Source: a virus (taxonomy: Duplodnaviria; Caudoviricetes). From it: 50,166 nucleotides of DNA. Where the stretch lies: IMG/VR virus record IMGVR_UViG_3300024249_000009, positions 1 through 50,166 of that record. One strand, given 5' to 3'. The translations under genes were made by a program, and so were the position numbers. Numbering within the stretch: position 1 is the first letter of the stretch; every line of letters begins with the position of its first letter. Positions 44,577 to 50,166 of the stretch are shown in pieces. A model generated the notes under the pieces. The model saw only the letters and a program-made list of their open reading frames with translations, was not told the DNA's origin and made no database searches.

Positions 44577-47249
44577 ATGGCAATAGGGTTTGTCCAAGCG
44601 CCTGCGGCCCCGGCATCGGGAACGTCCAGCCCTGTGACGCTGGCGTTTGGCTCGAACAACACGCTTGGAAATTTCCTCATTGCGTTCGTCCAGCTAAACA
44701 GCGGAGCCACGTTCACGAGCCTGACCGATTCGCAAGGGAATTCATGGTCGCAGGCTGGAGCATTTCAGGCCGACAGCGGTGGCAATAAGATCGGCGTGTT
44801 CTTCGCCATGAACGCGAAGGCTGGCGCGAATACCGTGTCTCTGGCCTTCACGGGCGGAATCACAGTTCGACTGGGTACAGCGGAATATTCCGGCGTCGCT
44901 CGAACTTCCGCATTTGATACTTCCAACGGCGCAGCGGCAACCTCTGCATCCGTAACTGGCGGCGCGATCACTCCAGCTGCAGCTGGTGAGCTGTTCATTC
45001 TCGCTGGCGTGGCGTTGACTGCGCCAACTTGGGCAGCAGGCACGAGCATCAGCACAGTCTTGTACGGTGGCGCGAGAGCAGCAAACCTCGGCTATAACCT
45101 GTCTGGCGGATCCGGCAGCCTGACTCCCACCATGACCATCGCCTCTGCGGCTAACGCAGGCGTTGTGGCAGCGTTCACGCCGGGATTCACGATCTCTGGA
45201 AACATTGGTGTTCCCTTTGGACTCGTTTCTTACACGGGAACCGTCAGTGGTTCCGTGCAAGCTGATGCGTCTGGAAACTATACGATTCCTACTTTGGGAA
45301 ACGGATCGAGCCTCACGATCACGCCATCCGCAAACGGCGTTACGTTCTCGCCGACGAATTCCTCGCAGACAATCAGCGGTGCCAACATCACGGGAGTGAA
45401 TTTCACTGCGACCATTACCCCCGTGATCGGCGTCTGGTCGGATCAGGGCACGGTGATCAACACGATCAGCGGAAATCACCTCGAATCCAGCACCCTCATG
45501 TACGAGGCAAACCCAGTCATAATCTCTCCTAACCCGGATGGAAAAGTTTTCAAGATTTGGGGCAGCACAGTTGCCGGGCCATGCTACTCGGAGTCTTCAG
45601 ACTGCGTCACTTGGCATGACTATGGAAGCAATCCATTGGTCGCTCAGGGGCCGGGACAGTTTGAAACCAAAGTGAAAAAAGTCGGCAGCACGTACTACAT
45701 GTTCACTGGTCCGATTCCCGGTGGTCCGGTTGCAGTGTACACATCCACGGATGGCGTCACGTTCAGCTTGCAGAACGCAAGTGCCATCACTGTGGGTGGC
45801 GTGGGAACGGATGACCACATCTGGGCCGGGCAGCTTGCAGTCGTCGATATCGTGGGCGGAACTTGGTTCGCTTACTACGCGGGACAAGCGGTAGCAAATG
45901 GTCCGTATGTGATGATTCAAGCTACTTCACCTGATGGCATCACTTGGACGAAAAACTACAGCAATGAAATCACGAGTTTTGGCCCGAGCAATTTCGATTT
46001 TCACAAAGTGAACGGAGTCTACTACGGCTGGTCCCAAGTAGTCATAAATGGCATTCCGAATTTCGGCTCTCTCGGTTTACCGTCGGACATCATGCGTTAT
46101 TCGTCGTCCAGCCCATCCGGCCCGTGGACAGCGCTTGCAACTCCGACGTTCTACAGGACGCTGGCTTCTGAAGGCATCGGCCTGACGACAGGTCAGGTTG
46201 CCGATCCTTCGATGGTGGAAGTGAACGGCGTCACTTATATGACCTTCACCGCAAAGTCGGCGGGACAGACTGGGAACAACGGGATCGTCAATCTGGCAAA
46301 AGCCAACGCGACCATCGCACAAATAGTTGGCAGCTACGAAGGTGTGGTCAACGTCCCGATCCCCGGTACAGGCGGCTTCGAGATCAACGGCATTGGCGCA
46401 GGTCAATCGGGACAGATCGCCAGCGACAATTTCAACCGCGCCGATTCAAATCCCATCGGAGGAAACTGGACAACTATAAATGGAGCCGCTGTCACTCAGC
46501 TTTTGTCCAACCAAGCAACTGCCGCTGTCGCGGGGACAACCGGAGAATCTTGGTGGAACGCGAACGCGTTTCCGAATGATCAGTGGGCACAAATAACGCT
46601 CCCCGTTTTCTCCGCTTCTCCGACTTCTTTTGGTGGCGTGGCTCTGCGGATGAACATGTCAGGGGTGTACACAGATTATCGCTGCTTCATCGCTTCAAAC
46701 GGCAACGGGAACATAGGGAGATTCAATGCGGGATCGAGCCTGAGTCTGTTCAACCACGCCACCACCGTTGCGGCAGGAAATACGGTAACAGGTACAGTAA
46801 TGGGAATCGTTTTGGCGGTCTACGACGGCCGGAACTTGCTCGGGATCGCAAACGATGGGTTGGTCACTTCCGGCGCAGCTGGCCTTCTGATCGACCCGGT
46901 GACGTCGGTAGCAAACGCGGCCGCCGACAACTGGTCAGCTGGCAGCATCGCCGCTTCTCCAAGCATCGTTTTTGGCATTCGAGGAAATGCCGGGATTGCG
47001 GGAGCAACAGTCAGTTGGGTGGGACCTACATCGGGCTCCACAACCGCAGACGGCTCGGGTAACTTCAACACTGGAGAGATCCTTCCGAACGGAGTGTATA
47101 CGGTCACGCCCACTTTGGCGGGGCACGCGTTCACGCCAGCGAACAAATCGGTAATCGTTTTGAATGCGGACACGACTGGAGTGAACTTTACGGCCGCAGC
47201 ATCCGGTGGCGGTACGGGAGAGAAATTCGACTTCACGTTTCGATTCTGA
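44577..47249 (+). CDS. Multidomain appendage/adhesin with a GH43/GH32-like beta-propeller, two prealbumin-like repeats and a lectin-like domain
   Basis: Asp-box-like S.DG.TW repeats, GSNPLV, ADPSMV; two A D.SGN[YF]...TP....F.P....TGVNFTA repeats. Confidence 0.7.
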   Translation: MAIGFVQAPAAPASGTSSPVTLAFGSNNTLGNFLIAFVQLNSGATFTSLTDSQGNSWSQAGAFQADSGGNKIGVFFAMNAKAGANTVSLAFTGGITVRLGTAEYSGVARTSAFDTSNGAAATSASVTGGAITPAAAGELFILAGVALTAPTWAAGTSISTVLYGGARAANLGYNLSGGSGSLTPTMTIASAANAGVVAAFTPGFTISGNIGVPFGLVSYTGTVSGSVQADASGNYTIPTLGNGSSLTITPSANGVTFSPTNSSQTISGANITGVNFTATITPVIGVWSDQGTVINTISGNHLESSTLMYEANPVIISPNPDGKVFKIWGSTVAGPCYSESSDCVTWHDYGSNPLVAQGPGQFETKVKKVGSTYYMFTGPIPGGPVAVYTSTDGVTFSLQNASAITVGGVGTDDHIWAGQLAVVDIVGGTWFAYYAGQAVANGPYVMIQATSPDGITWTKNYSNEITSFGPSNFDFHKVNGVYYGWSQVVINGIPNFGSLGLPSDIMRYSSSSPSGPWTALATPTFYRTLASEGIGLTTGQVADPSMVEVNGVTYMTFTAKSAGQTGNNGIVNLAKANATIAQIVGSYEGVVNVPIPGTGGFEINGIGAGQSGQIASDNFNRADSNPIGGNWTTINGAAVTQLLSNQATAAVAGTTGESWWNANAFPNDQWAQITLPVFSASPTSFGGVALRMNMSGVYTDYRCFIASNGNGNIGRFNAGSSLSLFNHATTVAAGNTVTGTVMGIVLAVYDGRNLLGIANDGLVTSGAAGLLIDPVTSVANAAADNWSAGSIAASPSIVFGIRGNAGIAGATVSWVGPTSGSTTADGSGNFNTGEILPNGVYTVTPTLAGHAFTPANKSVIVLNADTTGVNFTAAASGGGTGEKFDFTFRF

Positions 47250-47254
47250 AGAAA

Positions 47255-47884
47255 ATGACAAACTATATCACCATCGTAAACACAAACTTCCCGCAAGCGG
47301 ATGGCCCACTCAATCCGGCTCAATGGACAACCCTGCCGGGAACAAGTGCGATGGCTGTCGCCAGCCACCTTGCAGAGGCTTCGGTTAACAACACGCCTTG
47401 TGCAGCGTTTTGGAGTGCAGATTCTTTTCCGTTGGTCGGAAACCAATGGTGCGAAGCTGCTCTCCATCAATTGGGTGGAAACACGGCGAACTTCGTCGAT
47501 ATTTTCATACTTACCTCCGAGCCGTCTGTTCTGGGAGGTTTTTTCGCAGAAGCCGTATCAAATGGCAATGGAACCATCGGTATCAGTCTGTTTGACAATA
47601 CGTCAGAATTGCAGATCGGTCCTACGTTCAACGTGACATTCGTTGTCGATGCGATCTTGAGGGTCGAGTTCATCAACGGTGTGGTCACGATGAAATATAA
47701 CGGCGTGACCATCGAATCGATTGGTGGGCTCTCTTCTCACAATTCTGATTCCGGGCCTCCGGGGATGTTCGTGGGCACAGCGGATGTGGTGACCAACGCG
47801 ACGGTGTCACATTTTTCCGCTGGAACAATTGTTCCGAGTAGCGGTAGTTCTGAGTTAGACTTTGGTTTCCGCTTTAAGTTTTAG
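47255..47884 (+). CDS. Lectin-like beta-sandwich protein, paralogous to a domain of 44577-47249
   Basis: NF..AD....WTT..G...W.A..FP...QW shared with the upstream protein. Confidence 0.65.
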   Translation: MTNYITIVNTNFPQADGPLNPAQWTTLPGTSAMAVASHLAEASVNNTPCAAFWSADSFPLVGNQWCEAALHQLGGNTANFVDIFILTSEPSVLGGFFAEAVSNGNGTIGISLFDNTSELQIGPTFNVTFVVDAILRVEFINGVVTMKYNGVTIESIGGLSSHNSDSGPPGMFVGTADVVTNATVSHFSAGTIVPSSGSSELDFGFRFKF

Positions 47885-47903
47885 AAAGTCGAAGGAGAAA
47901 GTC

Positions 47904-48812
47904 GTGAAGAAAATCTACCCAGCCTTGTTGTTCACACTCGCCCTGTGTCTCGCTCCCTTTTCAATGGCTCAAGTCAGCTTGTGGCCATCCACAACAGTTC
48001 CAGCGGTTCCAGATAACATAGACACTCGGCCTGCCGAATTGGGCGTGCAGTTCAAATCGGACGTCGCTGGAAAAATCACCGCGCTGCGCTTTTACAAAGG
48101 AGCCCACAATACCGGGACGCACACTGGCCACCTCTGGAGCAGCACGGGAACACTGCTGGCGAGCGCCACCTTCACAAGCGAGACGGCTACGGGCTGGCAG
48201 CAGGTTACGCTTTCAACTCCTATTGCGATTTCAGCCAACACGATCTACGTGGCTTCGTATTTCTCTCCAACCGGAAATTTCAGTTACACGCGTCCATATT
48301 TCACGGTGAGCTGGGACACTCCACCGCTTCATGCTCCAGCCAGCACGACGACACTTCTGAATGGCGTCTATGCCTATGGAGCGACGAGCACTTTTCCCTC
48401 TTCGAGTTTTCAGCAATCAAATTATTACGCGGACATAGTGTTCGTCTCTGGTCCACAATTTCCCACGTCAGTCACCACGACTGTCGGTCCTGTCGGCATC
48501 ACGCTAACTTGCGGATCCACAGGGTCCGTAACACTTGGACCTTTGACTTTCACCTGCAACGCAATCGGACCAGCGCACAACGTGCTGGTTGCCTGGACGG
48601 CGTCTACGAGCGTGGTGGTCGGATACAACGTCTACCGCAGTACGACGAGCGGCACTGGCTACGCCAAGATCAACACGTCGCTCATCAGCGCCCTGAACTA
48701 CACGGACGGAAACGTGCAAAGCGGAACCACTTACTTCTATGTGGCCACAGCCGTGGACTCGAGCGGTGCAGAGAGTGCGTTTTCAAATCAGGGCACGGCG
48801 GTCATCCCGTAA
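47904..48812 (+). CDS. Secreted DUF4082 + FN3 domain protein
   Basis: AAGGAG RBS, GTG 47904; signal peptide MKKIYPALLFTLALCLAPFSMA; ELGVQF.SD..G.I...RFYK...GWQQV; C-terminal GYNVYRS...Y.D..V..G.TYFY..TAVD..G.ES..SN. Confidence 0.85.
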   Translation: MKKIYPALLFTLALCLAPFSMAQVSLWPSTTVPAVPDNIDTRPAELGVQFKSDVAGKITALRFYKGAHNTGTHTGHLWSSTGTLLASATFTSETATGWQQVTLSTPIAISANTIYVASYFSPTGNFSYTRPYFTVSWDTPPLHAPASTTTLLNGVYAYGATSTFPSSSFQQSNYYADIVFVSGPQFPTSVTTTVGPVGITLTCGSTGSVTLGPLTFTCNAIGPAHNVLVAWTASTSVVVGYNVYRSTTSGTGYAKINTSLISALNYTDGNVQSGTTYFYVATAVDSSGAESAFSNQGTAVIP

Positions 48813-49138
48813 TGAACCCCAAGAAAAAGTCACTGGGGATCTATCTGACGACGGGGAGGGATGAGATCTTGGTTCACATCCCGCTTCGTTTCGTCCTCGA
48901 AGACATCCCGCAACCTCCAAATCTGGAGCAGCTCAAACGGGCTTACCTGACAAAGCGCGAAGAAGAAGTTCTGCACGGCGTGATGGAAGGGAAGGGCAAC
49001 AAGGAAATCGCCGAGGATATACATCTGACCGAACGCACCGTGAAATTTCACATATCGAGTCTTCTGGCGAAGCACAGGGTTGTCTCGCGCATTCAGCTGT
49101 ACGGCATCTACGCAAACGCAGGTGGAGAACGGCAATGA
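48812..49138 (+). CDS. LuxR-type HTH regulator (no receiver domain)
   Basis: LTKREEEVL..V.EG.GNKEIA..I.LTERTVKFHISSLLAK; TAATG coupling. Confidence 0.9.
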   Translation: MNPKKKSLGIYLTTGRDEILVHIPLRFVLEDIPQPPNLEQLKRAYLTKREEEVLHGVMEGKGNKEIAEDIHLTERTVKFHISSLLAKHRVVSRIQLYGIYANAGGERQ

Positions 49139-49551
49139 TGAGTCTCTGGGAATGGTTCATGCAAAATACGCTGCTGATTTTCGGTGTACTCTTCGCGTTC
49201 TACATCATCGCGTTCAATAAATTACCCGGCATCACGGGATGGCAGGCCTTTCTCGACAGCTTTGAAAGCAAGGGCGGCCAACTCTTGTTGCTGTGGGTAT
49301 CGGACGGTTTAGTCCTTCTGCTGCTCATTCATTTCTGGAAACTATTCGATGCCCAACTCCAGACCACCATCGTTGGAATTCTTTCGGCGGTGAACGGCGC
49401 TTTCCTTGGTGCGATTGGTGCACGTAACACCAACGAAGCCGGAGTGAATGGAAGTGGGAAGGGCCCAGCAACACCTGCACCAGCACCAGCACCTGCGCCG
49501 AAGCCGTCGCCGGCGCCGGCGCCGACTGCTGTGACTGACGTGCATCCGTAA
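49135..49551 (+). CDS. Holin-like membrane protein
   Basis: Three hydrophobic segments, Pro/Ala tail, upstream of the endolysin. Confidence 0.55.
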   Translation: MMSLWEWFMQNTLLIFGVLFAFYIIAFNKLPGITGWQAFLDSFESKGGQLLLLWVSDGLVLLLLIHFWKLFDAQLQTTIVGILSAVNGAFLGAIGARNTNEAGVNGSGKGPATPAPAPAPAPKPSPAPAPTAVTDVHP

Positions 49552-49568
49552 AAACAAGGGGCCACTTA

Positions 49569-49877
49569 ATGGGGATCCACTGGGACGGCACGATCACGCT
49601 GGGGAACGTGATTACGTTCTTTCTTTTCGCACTCGCGCTTATCAATTTTTGGAGAGCGCAAAGTGCTGCAAAAGAAGCGCAGTTGGAAGCCAAAAAGGAT
49701 CTCGAGTGGCGAATCGCCAATCTTGAAGTTTGGCGCAAAGAGCACATGATCGACTCGGATGCGAGAGATCTTCTTCTAAGGAAGCTCGATGGCGCTACAG
49801 AGCTTCTCGAGTATCTGGTAAAAGAGAGGCATCGGGACAACGAGGGCAGGCGCAAGCCGAGAGAGGGACAGTACTGA
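49569..49877 (+). CDS. Single-TM plus coiled-coil protein (holin/antiholin-like)
   Basis: ITLGNVITFFLFALALINFW, then a charged helix. Confidence 0.6.
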   Translation: MGIHWDGTITLGNVITFFLFALALINFWRAQSAAKEAQLEAKKDLEWRIANLEVWRKEHMIDSDARDLLLRKLDGATELLEYLVKERHRDNEGRRKPREGQY

Positions 49878-50166
49878 TGCAGTTTTCTGAGCACTTCGAT
49901 AGCAGCGAATTCGAGATGGACGCGCCGATTCCGGCAGAGTGCGTGGATGTGGCGATAGAGTTCTGCACGCTGGTCCTCGAGCCGATCCGCGCTTTCATCG
50001 ATGAACCCATGGATATCACGAGCGGCTACAGGCCACCAGGCGCGAACGCAGCGACGCATGGCGCCTTACACAGTGAGCACATCTGGACCGCACGCCATTG
50101 TGCCGCAGATTTCACTTTCAATACTTCAATCGGCAGGATTTCTTCCATCAGGGCGCTCTTCAATCT
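49877..50166 (+). CDS. Peptidase M15 family endolysin, 3' truncated
   Basis: Manual translation: MQFSEHFDSSEF...LEPIR......ITSGYRP...N...HGA.HSEH......AADF. Confidence 0.85.
   Translation, partial: MQFSEHFDSSEFEMDAPIPAECVDVAIEFCTLVLEPIRAFIDEPMDITSGYRPPGANAATHGALHSEHIWTARHCAADFTFNTSIGRISSIRALFN

Larger units (their letters stand above)
1..50166 (+). mobile_element. Tailed phage/prophage morphogenesis-to-lysis region, probably podovirus-like
   Basis: Co-oriented TerL, portal, scaffold, capsid, nozzle, ejection proteins, holin-like genes and endolysin, with many coupled stop/start overlaps; no tape measure protein seen. Confidence 0.95.

Overview
The whole window is a contiguous, almost entirely plus-strand late region of a tailed dsDNA phage or prophage. 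It is most likely podovirus-like: there is a P22/T7-style order of adaptor, nozzle and three ejection proteins, and no tape measure. Surface-protein domain styles suggest an Acidobacteriota host (inference). Gene order: small accessory genes; two structured RNA candidates flanking a small conserved gene; terminase large subunit; portal; scaffold; major capsid; GroES; adaptor/tail/nozzle; ejection proteins, the last a 1594-aa polyvalent protein with ART-like and HhH-glycosylase-like domains; a ~10 kb glycosyltransferase/methyltransferase cluster; beta-rich carbohydrate-binding/appendage genes; a LuxR HTH; and the lysis cassette, whose M15 peptidase is cut by the window end. Ten free-standing endonuclease genes (8 HNH, 1 EndoVII-like, 1 GIY-YIG) are interspersed. 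The most notable observations are: (1) HNH-adjacent genes that appear to start at ATT, one with its MPWT start duplicated onto the HNH; (2) a two-start gene with a Trp-heptad coil and a duplicated IDFxQxGG strand, suggesting donor-strand filament assembly; (3) a 146-nt rod-shaped RNA directly upstream of TerL; (4) a candidate virion-glycosylation locus; (5) two nuclease-RHH fusions sharing a TATATACT promoter/operator; (6) shared terminal peptides (MATAVQD on TerL and portal; DFxFRF on two appendage proteins). No tRNA, rRNA, CRISPR array, integrase or replication gene was recognised. All family calls are by eye; no searches were run.
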